This document shows positions 20,028 to 30,738 of a stretch of DNA of 64,000 nt, piece after piece. The stretch covers positions 288,001 to 352,000 of the forward strand of contig CBDATR010000024.1 of the NCBI GenBank assembly GCA_965200155.1, in the 5' to 3' direction. The notes below the pieces were generated by a model. It made no database searches and had not been told where the DNA came from. It was given only the letters and a program-made list of their open reading frames with translations. Position numbers and translations under genes: made by a program. The DNA is from Nitrosopumilaceae archaeon. GTDB taxonomy: Archaea > Thermoproteota > Nitrososphaeria > Nitrososphaerales > Nitrosopumilaceae. The stretch's first letter is position 1. Each line of letters begins with the position of its first letter.

Positions 20028-21352
20028 TGACGTCCATAACCTTTGTCATACCATCGGTACTGAACCGGGGTGGTGGTGAAAAGAAGCTGGATATGGATGT
20101 TGACTCCCTGTCGACGGCATTTGAAAATGCGGTATCTGCTATGGGTGATGACTTTGGGAGGCGCGTACTGGAGCCTGATGGTCAGCCCCGCGCCCTGATA
20201 AACATCTACATCAACGGCAAGAATGCAAAGTTCTCCGGCGGCATGGATGCTCCAATACAGGATGGTGATGAGGTATACATTCTGCCTGCGGTCGCGGGAG
20301 GATCCCAGGAACTCTCACGGCATGATCTAGACCGATACTCTAGGCAAGTGATGCTGGATGATATAGGATATGAGGGCCAGCTACGATTGCAGAACGCAAA
20401 GGTCTGTGTAGTGGGTACAGGTGGTTTGGGCAATCCCATAACCATACGCCTGGCCGCCATGGGTGTGGGCTTTTTGCGTATAGTGGACAGGGACGTAATC
20501 GAGCTCTCCAACCTGCCCCGGCAGGTAATGTTCACAGAGGATGATGTGGGACGGGTCAAGGTTGAGGCAGCCGCTGAGAAACTGCAAAAAATAAACCCAA
20601 ACTGTACAATACAGGCCATGGCCCTGTCGGTCAATGACTACTCTGCTGACGAGGTGGTACGGGGGTGTGATGTTGTAGTGGATGCACTGGATTCAGTGGA
20701 TGCCCGGTACGCGCTGAACAAGGCATGTATTGCCGCAAATATTCCCTTTGTTACGGGCGCCGCGGTTGGTGTCACAGGACAGGTATTTACCGTTCTGCCT
20801 AATAGCAGCGCCTGCTATCACTGCATGTTTCCGGCGCTGGATGAGGAGACAATGCCAACATGTAGCATAGAGGGCGTCCATCCGTCAATATTGTCCATAG
20901 TGGGCGGAATTGAGGTGGCCGAGACAGTAAAGGTATTGCTGAACAAGGCGCCTGGTCTGTCGGAGCGCATATTGTATATAGATATAGGCGATGATATGGC
21001 GTTCAGTCATACCAGGACATTTCGTGCCCCGGAGTGCCCCGTATGCGGTACGGGACAGGCGGAGCAGTCCGATACGTCAGACATTATAATAGAGGAACTC
21101 TGCGGGAGGAGTGGTGGCAAGAGGACGTTCTCTATCACTCCGGTCAACACCTTTGATGTGGATGCCGCCAAACTGACAAACGTGGCCCAGGAGCGTAACT
21201 TTACGGTAGAAAATTTGGGTGAGATGGGAATATCCCTTCGTAACGCCGACCTATATGTTGGTGTCATGAAGCGAGGATCTGCCATGGTTGTGGGCGCAAA
21301 AGATGAGAAAGAGGCAACATCATTGTATCTCCAGATTACCGGTTACTCCTAG
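20027..21352 (+). CDS. MoaD/ThiS ubiquitin-like domain fused to a ThiF/MoeB (E1-like) adenylyltransferase
   Basis: ILPAVAGG followed by RYSRQ, VVGTGGLG, DRD, SNL and CxxC pairs. Confidence 0.92.
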   Translation: MTSITFVIPSVLNRGGGEKKLDMDVDSLSTAFENAVSAMGDDFGRRVLEPDGQPRALINIYINGKNAKFSGGMDAPIQDGDEVYILPAVAGGSQELSRHDLDRYSRQVMLDDIGYEGQLRLQNAKVCVVGTGGLGNPITIRLAAMGVGFLRIVDRDVIELSNLPRQVMFTEDDVGRVKVEAAAEKLQKINPNCTIQAMALSVNDYSADEVVRGCDVVVDALDSVDARYALNKACIAANIPFVTGAAVGVTGQVFTVLPNSSACYHCMFPALDEETMPTCSIEGVHPSILSIVGGIEVAETVKVLLNKAPGLSERILYIDIGDDMAFSHTRTFRAPECPVCGTGQAEQSDTSDIIIEELCGRSGGKRTFSITPVNTFDVDAAKLTNVAQERNFTVENLGEMGISLRNADLYVGVMKRGSAMVVGAKDEKEATSLYLQITGYS

Positions 21353-22503
21353 TTATTCTTGCGACCGGCGCTCACCAGCTCCAGCCTTCGACGGAATGCC
21401 ACCGCGACCGCGGTGGCCCCAATTCCCGCAAAGAAGAATATCCAGTAGGGCGAGGCGGATCCGCCTATTATAGCATATCCGCTGAGTGTGGGCCCTATGG
21501 TCCAGCCAATGCCAAATAGCGCCTCATAGGCTCCTATCATTCTGCCAGTAGTGTTCCTCTTGCTGCCCTGCAATATCACCTCCAGGGCCAACGGATACAG
21601 CGTAGAGAAGCCAAATCCCAGCAGTATGAGGGCAGCTGCGAACTCCACAAAAGTAGTACCGGCCGCGGATATGCCCATGCCAGCTGTTACCATTATTGCA
21701 GACATGACAAAGGTAAGGACGGCGCGCTTGGACATGTAGTCTGCCATAAGTAAGGATCCCACTCGCGTTATGCCGAACAGAAAGTACAGGATTAAGATGG
21801 CCGTATCATCCATGCCGCGCTCGTTCAGAAAGGCGGGGTATATGGTAAGTATGAGACCAAAAGCTGCCGTGCTAAACAAGAGAAGTGTAACTACGACGGG
21901 AAACCTGATTATGTGTCCGAAAGATTTGAGGTTTATCTCCCCGGTCCCCCTCTTGGGCGCCTTGTTGTACGTCATAACTGCGGAGACAAGGGCAGCTGCC
22001 ATAACATATGCTGTAATCTGGAATAGCATGCGGTAGTCCACATCTGAGAATTCCAGCATGGCGGCACTGATTAAAGGACCAACCATAAAGCCGATGGCAA
22101 AGAACATTATGTACCATGATATGTACTTGACCCTGCCACTGGAATCTCCGGAGAGGATTGCCTCTGAGGGTGGCCAGATGAATGCATGGGCTACCCCCAC
22201 CATGCCCCGATACACCACTACCTCTTCTACGGTAGTGGCAATTGAGGTCAGGTATAGTGATGCGGTATTGAGCAGTATCCCTATGGTCAATAGATATCCG
22301 TTGTTTATGCGATCCAGCAGGATGCCGACAAAGATCGGGATGATCATATACGGTATGAAGTTAACCATTCCAATCAGCCCCAACTCCGCGTATGACGCAC
22401 CTATGTCGTTCTTGGCGAAGATGGGCAGTATGGGTCCGTGCATTCCGTATGACGTGCCCACCATCATGGCTATGGCAAACAGGAGTATGACTACCCTCTT
22501 CAT
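21349..22503 (-). CDS. MFS transporter
   Basis: About 12 TM segments; MFS motif A GILLDRIN. Confidence 0.9.
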   Translation of the reverse strand: MKRVVILLFAIAMMVGTSYGMHGPILPIFAKNDIGASYAELGLIGMVNFIPYMIIPIFVGILLDRINNGYLLTIGILLNTASLYLTSIATTVEEVVVYRGMVGVAHAFIWPPSEAILSGDSSGRVKYISWYIMFFAIGFMVGPLISAAMLEFSDVDYRMLFQITAYVMAAALVSAVMTYNKAPKRGTGEINLKSFGHIIRFPVVVTLLLFSTAAFGLILTIYPAFLNERGMDDTAILILYFLFGITRVGSLLMADYMSKRAVLTFVMSAIMVTAGMGISAAGTTFVEFAAALILLGFGFSTLYPLALEVILQGSKRNTTGRMIGAYEALFGIGWTIGPTLSGYAIIGGSASPYWIFFFAGIGATAVAVAFRRRLELVSAGRKNN

Positions 22504-22599
22504 ATCCTATATGCGGTGCATGATGGTTAAATTGTTAATACGGCCTCAAGTCTTTGCCATGGTTTTTCATGACCTTCCTACCCTTCTTCACGTAATACC

Positions 22600-22790
22600 A
22601 TGCATGGCTTTGCTTCATAACCGCTCTGGCGTCTCCATGCGGTATTGGTATTTCACGTGAAACTCCTGGTTACACTGGATGCAGACGAATCTGCCACTAA
22701 CCGTGTTATGTACCAACATGGCCGGTGCCGTCACCAACTTGAATCCTTTTAGTCCCGCACTCTTGCCCCACAGCGGGGATCACGAGATTG
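22600..22790 (-). pseudogene. Highly degraded tnpB relic (approximate limits)
   Basis: CGTGAAACTCCTGGTTACA and GTCACCAA…AATCC are shared with the 44175-44487 relic. Confidence 0.5.
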
Positions 22791-23146
22791 GAGGTTTTGT
22801 TTGCATATGTGATTCGCCCTTTCATTGTAATATTCCCCTACTTTCTGATGGACTCAATGGCTTATGAATAATCTGTATTAATCGCTGTTATTTGCCGTGC
22901 GTCATTAAACACAGACGAGCTCAATACGAGATCATTTAACATCTGAGATGCGCTCTCATAGTGGGTGTCAGGTTAGGCTGCAAGTTAGAGTACATTGCCT
23001 CGCTTCATACTGGGGATTCGCATGACCTTGGCTGCCGATACCACTATGGGACAAAACGTGACTATAATCCCTGTTTGGGTGATACGAATTTGTGGTATCC
23101 CTAAAGGCTTATAATTGAATTTTCATTTTTGGTCAACTGTTTGGGA

Positions 23147-24574
23147 ATGCGAGACGGGCTCACTTTTGATGATGTACTTTTGATACCAAAGTACTCCACC
23201 GTGACTACTAGAAGTCAGACTGACCTTAGTACGAGACTCTCCAGGAACATCCAGATTCGTATACCGTTTATCAGCGCCAATATGGATACAGTCACCGAGT
23301 CCGCCATGGCGGTGGTGATGGCTCGTGCAGGAGCAATTGGCATTATACACCGATTTCTTAGTATACAGGAAGAGGTGAATGAGGTACTGAAGGTTAAGAG
23401 ATCCGGTAGCGTAATGATAGAGAATCCCTATATCATACCCGCTAGCAGCACCATTGGCCAGGCTCGTGAATATGCTGATAACAAGGACGTCTCCGGATTA
23501 CTGGTGATAAACGGGGACAAGGAGCTGGTGGGTATAGTAACTGACAGAGACTTCCTGTTTGAAACCAACGACAATAAACCCATATCCGATATAATGACAA
23601 AGGATGTGGTAAGCACATCTCCCGGCACTTCCATTGATGATGCCAAACACATATTGCATGACAATAGAATAGAAAAGCTACCCATAATAGACGCGGAGCG
23701 TCGTATACGTGGACTGATAACTTCCAAGGACATAACCAACAGGGAAGATTATCCATTGGCATCCAAGGACTCCAAGGGAAGACCCCTGGTGGGCGCAGCT
23801 GTGGGTGTCAAGGGGGACTTTATGGAGCGAACGGAGGCACTATTGGAGGCTGGTGCGGATATTGTGGTGGTTGATATAGCTCATGGACACAGCGAGAATG
23901 CCATAGGCACAGTCAAGAATATCAAAAAGGCGTTTCCCCGGTGTGAACTGATAGCCGGTAACGTAGCTACCGCAGCTGGTGTCAAGGATCTCATAAGTGC
24001 TGGTGTGGACGCAGTGAAGGTCGGTGTAGGATCCGGCTCTATCTGCATAACCCGTGTAATAACCGGTTCCGGCGTTCCCCAGCTTACGGCCGTAATGGAT
24101 TGTGCCAAAGTTGGACGCGATAATGATATCCCCATAATATCTGATGGCGGTACTCGAACATCTGGTGACGCCACCAAGGCCTTGGCCGCTGGCGCATCTG
24201 CGGTGATGCTGGGCAGTATGCTTGGAGGTACCGATGAGTCGCCGGGAACTGTACTGACCAAGAATGGCAAACGCTTCAAGGTATATCGTGGGATGGCCTC
24301 GCTGGCAGCATCCATAGGGCGGACAGCCAAGGAGACCGGTGCAGCGTCATCAGAGTATAATCTCAATGACTATGTAGCCGAGGGTGTGGAGGCCATGGTT
24401 CCATACAAAGGCAGCATCGTGGACATACTGAAGCAGATTACCGGTGGTCTGCGTTCAGGTCTCAGCTACTGTGGCGCCCGCACAATTCCGGAAATGCAAG
24501 ACAATGCAGAGTTTATCCGGATGTCCGGAGCCGGATTTGCAGAGAGCAATCCGCACGATGTCTCTGTCATGTAA
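23147..24574 (+). CDS. guaB: IMP dehydrogenase with CBS pair
   Basis: GLTFDDV, SANMDTVTE, GVGSGSICIT, YRGMAS. Confidence 0.97.
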   Translation: MRDGLTFDDVLLIPKYSTVTTRSQTDLSTRLSRNIQIRIPFISANMDTVTESAMAVVMARAGAIGIIHRFLSIQEEVNEVLKVKRSGSVMIENPYIIPASSTIGQAREYADNKDVSGLLVINGDKELVGIVTDRDFLFETNDNKPISDIMTKDVVSTSPGTSIDDAKHILHDNRIEKLPIIDAERRIRGLITSKDITNREDYPLASKDSKGRPLVGAAVGVKGDFMERTEALLEAGADIVVVDIAHGHSENAIGTVKNIKKAFPRCELIAGNVATAAGVKDLISAGVDAVKVGVGSGSICITRVITGSGVPQLTAVMDCAKVGRDNDIPIISDGGTRTSGDATKALAAGASAVMLGSMLGGTDESPGTVLTKNGKRFKVYRGMASLAASIGRTAKETGAASSEYNLNDYVAEGVEAMVPYKGSIVDILKQITGGLRSGLSYCGARTIPEMQDNAEFIRMSGAGFAESNPHDVSVM

Positions 24575-24812
24575 TGTTTGTCACTTCCCACTTATTCCTT
24601 TTACAAACTAGTATGTGCTATGTTTTTCATTGGCTGTGCTCCAATCCGGGAGCTCAAACTTGTTCTGTAGGTCATTAACATGAGTGATCGCGGTCATTAT
24701 AGTGATTTGCACGTGGCGAGGATATGCCCCATGCAAGATATGTGCCGGTAGAGTGATTTAATCAATTCTTGGACGCACTATTTTTTAAGGTGAGGGCTGA
24801 ACACAGCACCAT

Positions 24813-25280
24813 ATGACGGGTAAGCTCATTTACGCCGGTATGGCTGCGGGTGCGATCATAATAGGAATAGCTACTGCCTCGTTGATCATGGATTTGACTA
24901 GGGGGCAGTTGGAAATAACTGAGACTTTTGCTGTAGGCGAGTCCACATCATATCAGATAACCGGCGATGCAGATTCTGTTCATACGTTAATAATTACGGC
25001 GGAGAGTTTTGAGATGGAGTTGCAGAGTCCCGGTGACGGCTTTGCTATTCCCAGGTCTGTATTCACCGACTCTTACCGTGTGGAATGGATGCATGAGGAA
25101 TCCGGCCGTACTGCCATTTCTCTACAGAACACGGGCAAGACGGAGATGGTTGTGGAGGGCATGCTGTCGGTGTCTGTTGATCCTATCTTCATGGCATATC
25201 ACGGAGTTGTGATTACATCGGGGGTGCTAATTGTGGGCTTTACTATGGCAATGCGGCTAAGAAAGCCCCGTGGATTTTAG
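24813..25280 (+). CDS. Hypothetical membrane protein
   Basis: N- and C-terminal TM helices. Confidence 0.75.
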   Translation: MTGKLIYAGMAAGAIIIGIATASLIMDLTRGQLEITETFAVGESTSYQITGDADSVHTLIITAESFEMELQSPGDGFAIPRSVFTDSYRVEWMHEESGRTAISLQNTGKTEMVVEGMLSVSVDPIFMAYHGVVITSGVLIVGFTMAMRLRKPRGF

Positions 25281-25823
25281 CAGACTGGATAAAAAGTCAG
25301 TATCGCCGAACCGGCTGGAGAGCTTTCTCTCATCAATCCAGGAACAATCAGTACATTTTATGACATCCCGTATGGGCACTACACGTCCGCCACACTTTAC
25401 GCATTTTGTAAGTACTACGCCCAGCGTTGGCTCATCCATGACTGCATGTATTGTTCCATTCAGGTGGCTCGCTATGCGCAGTATAATTACATCATTCACC
25501 AGTGCAACGTTCTTGAGCCGAAGGTTTCGTATGGAGCATATGCATTCTACATTAGACTTGGTGCGATTGCCGTTAACGTACTGAATTGATACTGCCATCA
25601 TGGTAGTCATTACCGCAGCAACCGTACCTATGATGATGTCGCCGGGATCCGGTACACCTATGTCTGTACGCCGTTTTATGTTTGCAATACGGCTTGTGTT
25701 GTCTACGATGGTGTCTCCTATCACTGTAGCGCGCACTACATCGCCATCATCAAAGGCATTCTCACCGGCTTCGTACTCTTCTATGGCCGCTATCCTGTCG
25801 CCTGGGAGAACATTCCATGACAT
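25257..25823 (-). CDS. csl4: Exosome RNA-binding protein Csl4
   Basis: VLPGD, S1 domain, C-terminal Zn ribbon and ERKLS. Confidence 0.92.
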   Translation of the reverse strand: MSWNVLPGDRIAAIEEYEAGENAFDDGDVVRATVIGDTIVDNTSRIANIKRRTDIGVPDPGDIIIGTVAAVMTTMMAVSIQYVNGNRTKSNVECICSIRNLRLKNVALVNDVIILRIASHLNGTIHAVMDEPTLGVVLTKCVKCGGRVVPIRDVIKCTDCSWIDERKLSSRFGDTDFLSSLLKSTGLS

Positions 25824-26099
25824 GGCGCGTCGTCACCAGATGGAATTATAACTCTTTGCTGACCATTGTGGTAGACGTTTGGGTCTACTTGTGCATATCT
25901 TGCGCTTTCTCTTGTTACCGGTCTGCTCCATACCATTAATGGGATAATGTGAATCTTGAGTGACAGATGCTCATATTGAGATGCTGCGAGAACCCGGGTA
26001 CATTTGAACCTATTATGTTTTGGCTGAGCTCGTTACGTATGTGCCGGATTGGAGGGCATGATCAAGCCCAGACTAGTAAAATTAAAGAAAAATTATGGT

Positions 26100-26663
26100 C
26101 TAGGGGATTGCCCTGCTGTACAGTTTGCCTTCTAGGGCCATCTTGTACATCTCAGCGACGTATGGATTCTCACCAGGAGTCTCCGCGCCGAGCTCTACGA
26201 GTCGAGCATATACCCGGACTACGTAGGCCAAGGCACCCATAAATGCCACGACTACACCCATGTTGAACATCCAGTGGTTCGGTACGGCGAATATCTCCTC
26301 TACGAACCAGAAGTGCCACATCTCGTTGACGCCTATAGTGAACATGGTTGCAAGATAACCTAGTATGGTCATCTTTAGACCAGTGTTCATTGAGTTGTTC
26401 GGGCCTCTGAGAACTGGAACTCTTCTGTCATAGATAGCCGCAGCACCCCAACCTAGCGGTAATGCTACAAAGTGGCTGTATAGCCACCAGTGGGCTGGTG
26501 TGAACGCACTATCTCTTATGGATGTCTGGTGCAGTGAACCGTCGACGAAGTTGTCTACCTCGACGGACGCGGCAGTTGATCCCATAGCGATGACGATAAG
26601 CCAGATCTTTTTGAGTCTCTGGATCTCCACCTCTTTTGGGATGAGTGCTGGCATCTGTGCCAT
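26100..26663 (-). CDS. amoC: Archaeal ammonia monooxygenase subunit C
   Basis: MAQMPALIPKEVEIQRLKK, DGSLHQTSIRDSAFTPAHWW, NEMWHFWFVEE. Confidence 0.98.
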   Translation of the reverse strand: MAQMPALIPKEVEIQRLKKIWLIVIAMGSTAASVEVDNFVDGSLHQTSIRDSAFTPAHWWLYSHFVALPLGWGAAAIYDRRVPVLRGPNNSMNTGLKMTILGYLATMFTIGVNEMWHFWFVEEIFAVPNHWMFNMGVVVAFMGALAYVVRVYARLVELGAETPGENPYVAEMYKMALEGKLYSRAIP

Positions 26664-26918
26664 GTCTAACCTAATCTTTGATTCCATATAAAGAGAGTTG
26701 TTTTTGTTTGTAATAGTTTTGTATATTTGTTTGTCTACTTGTTAATATTTAGATAATATTTTTAGCCACTATGTCTTGTTTTTTATAATTTTTTTACTAA
26801 ATTTTTTCCTGTCTTCATTGCTAAGCAATAATGATAATCATGAACCTAATGATTATACAAACCAAACACTATTTTGTATAATTAAAATGAAAAATAGGTT
26901 ACAGAAGGTATCTTCCTT

Positions 26919-27281
26919 CTAGTGTCCCACAAACAATACAATTAGTATTGTTCCGACCGCGGTACCGGCAACACATGCCGCAACCACTCCGTTACTATTC
27001 TTGTTAGAGCCTTCCTGCATTACTTTAACGCAAAATATGTAGCCTATGGCCTCAATGATGGTCAGCACTATGAATGCAAAATGGCCACTGGGTGTCGGAT
27101 ATGCCCAAGGATAGTAGAAGTATCCTGCAGCAGTACCGCCAAAGGTTGCTAGCCACGCCGCAAGATATGATGCGGTTATCAATCCTGTCATATTTTCGAC
27201 GCGCTTGCCGATCATACGCTCTACATCAGCGCTACTTGATCCGCCGCCACCGCCGGAGCCAAATCCTTTTGGTAGTGTCAT
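26919..27281 (-). CDS. amoX: AMO accessory subunit X
   Basis: 120-aa membrane protein with Gly-rich N-terminus and YFYYPWAYP, directly upstream of amoC. Confidence 0.85.
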   Translation of the reverse strand: MTLPKGFGSGGGGGSSSADVERMIGKRVENMTGLITASYLAAWLATFGGTAAGYFYYPWAYPTPSGHFAFIVLTIIEAIGYIFCVKVMQEGSNKNSNGVVAACVAGTAVGTILIVLFVGH

Positions 27282-27482
27282 GTGAGTATTGTCATCTTTA
27301 GAATACTTTTAAGTCTTTCTTGGTGATAACAAACTTGCCACTATCCGGGAGATACGTACAGGTATGAGTTCACGTCTTCCGGAATCTTATGCACAAATCA
27401 CATTAACTAGACCTTATGCGCATGATTGACAGGAATAGCCCATGTTGCTTCAAACTGGGGTGTATTTTATGGCACACAATCA

Positions 27483-27574
27483 GTATGAGTTCACCTGTGT
27501 CTAAATTTACGCATAACTGATCGCGACAGTTAATGTGATTTGTGCATAAGATTCCGGAAGACGTGAACTCATAC
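27483..27574. mobile_element. MITE1 inside IS copy 2
   Basis: TSD CACAATCA; empty site in copy 1 at ~8635-8642. Confidence 0.97.
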
Positions 27575-27766
27575 CACAATCAGTCAAGCATGAACAATGT
27601 GAATGGCACCTGCCAGCACTAACGTATGCCGTGATTACAAATGTCGTGTAGTGGGGTGACCGGATCTTGATGACGTATATCATGAGTGAGCTAAATGGTT
27701 ACCACAAAACCCATTAATTTAGTGGATTTTCTGATGAGTAATATTCGAATTATAATAACACGGAAA

Positions 27767-29005
27767 TTATGGACAGATATTTTTCAAGAATTTCTTGTAC
27801 CTGGTATGCTTGTGCATAATGTGTAAATTATGCAACCCGGATACTACGAGTAGATCTTCCCGGAATTCCTCACGACTGCCATCATATACCTGACTTAATC
27901 TACGATATACCTTTAGCATTCGAATTACATTCTCGATTAATATGCGCCTTTTTGATACATATTGGTTGTATTTCCTTTCAGTTTTAGTGAGTGATTCCCT
28001 ACCCCTGTATGGAATCATGACCTTTGCGCCGGGTAGGAAGTCTTTCATACCCTGGTATCCTGCATCTGCTATTACTGTTATCTTCTCAGATGGCAGCGTG
28101 GTTGATTCTTTTAGGGACTTGCCCCATTTGCCACCGAGGGGAATATCATTCTTGAATATACCATAATCGTGTCTTTTTCCCTCATATACTCCACTTACGT
28201 GAATTATCAGTCTTTTCTTGTTTGATGTTATCTGTACGTTATACGTGTGGGTTTTTTGTTTACCAGAGTACATTGCCTCCTGATTTTTTTCAGGACGTTG
28301 TACACGTACATGTGTCCCGTCAGTCTTTATCTCCCCTCCGGCTCGGCCTGGAACAATTTCCTTAAAGTCCGATGCTGACTTGATTTGCGATATTGCTTTT
28401 GCAACGGTATCGGCCGTTGGGAGTATCTTGATCAGTCCCTGCTTTGTAAACTGGATGTAACGGCATATGTTTGACTGGTTTATCTTGAGTATTGCAGCAA
28501 GAAGCTCCTGCTTTGTGTTGCAGCGCAGGCGTATCAGTGTAACTAAGAGTACATGCCTGACCGGAAATTTGTTCACATGGCCGCGATCATTTGTAAGTTC
28601 TAAGAATCGCCGTGCATCATCGCCTTCCAGGGACTCTACGTATTCTGTGAATCTGGTTAGTATCCATTTGAACTCTTCCGGAGTGCATCCGGTCAGGGAA
28701 TGAAGCTGATCCTTGCGTTCTATGATGTCATCAAGATTTGAAACAAGGGAATTCTTTGTTTGAGCTTCAAGTTTGGCGTGCAGGCTGTCATTTTTCCCAC
28801 GTAAACTGTCAACTTTTCCACGCAGGTTTGTTACTTCGGCCTCAGACTCGGTGCGTAGCCGGTAGTACTCTGTGACTAACTGCTCCCTGGTGAGTTCTTC
28901 TGCTTTTAGCATACCTGGTATTACAAAATTAGGTCTTAACTTTTCTGTTTCACACGAGTCTGTGGGAAAACCCATGATACTAGGTCGATTGTTCGTATCT
29001 AACAA
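27767..29005 (-). CDS. Intact DDE transposase (IS5 / DDE_Tnp_4-like) with an N-terminal coiled coil
   Basis: DGTH, YSGK, HD, ADAGYQG and RILIEN motifs; start uncertain. Confidence 0.9.
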   Translation of the reverse strand: MLDTNNRPSIMGFPTDSCETEKLRPNFVIPGMLKAEELTREQLVTEYYRLRTESEAEVTNLRGKVDSLRGKNDSLHAKLEAQTKNSLVSNLDDIIERKDQLHSLTGCTPEEFKWILTRFTEYVESLEGDDARRFLELTNDRGHVNKFPVRHVLLVTLIRLRCNTKQELLAAILKINQSNICRYIQFTKQGLIKILPTADTVAKAISQIKSASDFKEIVPGRAGGEIKTDGTHVRVQRPEKNQEAMYSGKQKTHTYNVQITSNKKRLIIHVSGVYEGKRHDYGIFKNDIPLGGKWGKSLKESTTLPSEKITVIADAGYQGMKDFLPGAKVMIPYRGRESLTKTERKYNQYVSKRRILIENVIRMLKVYRRLSQVYDGSREEFREDLLVVSGLHNLHIMHKHTRYKKFLKNICP

Positions 29006-29157
29006 CTTGGTTTAGACGTGCAGGGTGGGAGAAGTGATTCTGCGCATACGGTCTACTGTCGCGATCAGTTGTGCGTAAATTTAGACACAGGTGAACTCAT
29101 ACACGTACAGTGCCATGCAGTGCTGTTGACAATTTTTGTGATGTATGAGTGGCGTAT

Positions 29158-30603
29158 CTATTGATACTGCTTGAGGAGCGTATTTGACTCATCAAGTGTA
29201 TGATGCAACTCCTTGCGCCAGTTATCAAATCCTGTAGGTGAATCGGGAAAATTACGATAGTGTGCAGTGAGCTTTTTGTTCTGCTTGGTAGTAAAGCGAA
29301 GTCCGCTGGCAAGCTTCTTGTTTAGCGCACCTCGTATAAGCATGCCAAGTTTTGTCAGAGAACCAAAGTCCGGATGCTCGCCCTTGGAGATGGCATCTAC
29401 ATCCAGATTTCCCAGAAAATGCTTCATTCCATAGTTTATCTGGTCGTTGGTTAGCGTTTGTATGAGTCGACGGAATATTTCTAGTCCTGCGGTCTTGTAT
29501 CCGTACTCGTCTATGAACTCTTTATTGTACTTCCAGAGCCCTGCCTCTGTGGTATCTCCTGATTCCAATGAGTGCGCTATGCACTTTCCGGCTATACTTC
29601 CTGCTACAAGCGCTGGCCCAATTCCACCTGCATCCAATGGCTTGGGCATCCATGCTGAGTCACCCACCATGATATAGCCCCCGGACACAAGACAATCATT
29701 TTGGCGGCGCACCGATACCTGGAAGTTTCCTGTTGCATTATTTGCGTCTTGGGGATCCGTGGACAGCGTGGGATTTTTGATGGCCCTGTTGCGTTTAACA
29801 TATTCCTCAATCAGTGTGCTGACATTGTCTGCCTTGTGCAAGCGACTGTTGCGCGCAGCCAGCAGGGTCTTTTCCACGCCCAATCCTATGTTTACCTTAT
29901 CCTCGCTCTTGGGAAATACCCAACCGTATCCACCGGGGGCTATGTCCTGGTCTAGGTGTATGATGCAGTAGTCCGGATCAAACTCGGTGGTGTCCTGCTC
30001 GCCGGGCTCAAAGTACATTATGTGCCTGCCTGTGGATTCCACATCCCTACGATCCACCTTTCTCTCTATCTTGTCGGTATTTTTTATCTGGTTGCGCAGC
30101 ATGGATGTTATGCCCGTGGCGTCTATCACTACGTGGCAGGTCTTTTTGTAGGGATTCTTCTCCCCATCAACTCCCATCACTCCTGTTACTTGATTATTTT
30201 CGTATACTAGTCCTGTAAGGTTGACTTTGTAGTCGAATTGTATCCCCATATCCAGGCATCTCTGGTTCTGTCTCTCGGGAAGGATCTGGCGATTGAGCAT
30301 ATATCCGTCCCCGTCAAACGGAATTGCTGTTTCCCTGTCTGGAGAGAACGCCATTACGCCCTTCACCTTGTGCTCTATCTCCGGTTCGCTCCACGATACT
30401 CCGGTATACTCTGTCATATAGTCTACCGCCTCCTTGCTTACGGCATCTCCACATATCCAACCACTGGTACTCTTGCGGCCAGGCATAATGGGGGGGCTAC
30501 GGTCCACTACCAGTATACTGGCACCCTTGGCATAATGGGAAACCGACTGAGCAGCCACGGTCCCTGCCAGTCCTCCACCGGCTACTATAACATCATAGTC
30601 CAT
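29158..30603 (-). CDS. Geranylgeranyl reductase-family FAD oxidoreductase
   Basis: DVIVAGGGLAG, CGDA, GGYGWVFPK, VGDSA. Confidence 0.9.
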   Translation of the reverse strand: MDYDVIVAGGGLAGTVAAQSVSHYAKGASILVVDRSPPIMPGRKSTSGWICGDAVSKEAVDYMTEYTGVSWSEPEIEHKVKGVMAFSPDRETAIPFDGDGYMLNRQILPERQNQRCLDMGIQFDYKVNLTGLVYENNQVTGVMGVDGEKNPYKKTCHVVIDATGITSMLRNQIKNTDKIERKVDRRDVESTGRHIMYFEPGEQDTTEFDPDYCIIHLDQDIAPGGYGWVFPKSEDKVNIGLGVEKTLLAARNSRLHKADNVSTLIEEYVKRNRAIKNPTLSTDPQDANNATGNFQVSVRRQNDCLVSGGYIMVGDSAWMPKPLDAGGIGPALVAGSIAGKCIAHSLESGDTTEAGLWKYNKEFIDEYGYKTAGLEIFRRLIQTLTNDQINYGMKHFLGNLDVDAISKGEHPDFGSLTKLGMLIRGALNKKLASGLRFTTKQNKKLTAHYRNFPDSPTGFDNWRKELHHTLDESNTLLKQYQ

Positions 30604-30738
30604 TATGTGATTATCTTTTTAGTTTCTATTTAAAACAACTGTGTTTGGGTCGGTTCGTCGCGGGGTCATCAACGCAATGCTCAGACTGGAGCGGCTACTG
30701 TCTCCTCATTCCCGTGATTTGTTGTAATGCGTGGTTAT

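Larger units (their letters stand above)
27409..29054 (-). mobile_element. IS5-family-like element copy 2
   Basis: Same TIRs as copy 1; 3-bp TSD ACT. Confidence 0.93.
27362..29102. mobile_element. MITE1 split by an IS5-like insertion (halves 27362-27408 and 29055-29102)
   Basis: Outer 8-bp TSD ACGTACAG; the halves rejoin to the consensus with ACT duplicated. Confidence 0.95.

Noticed and set aside
24059-24070. AACCGGTT inside guaB (and at ~51005 in ftsY)
   Set aside because: Explained by in-frame codons (ITGS and KNRL) with no sign of insertion.
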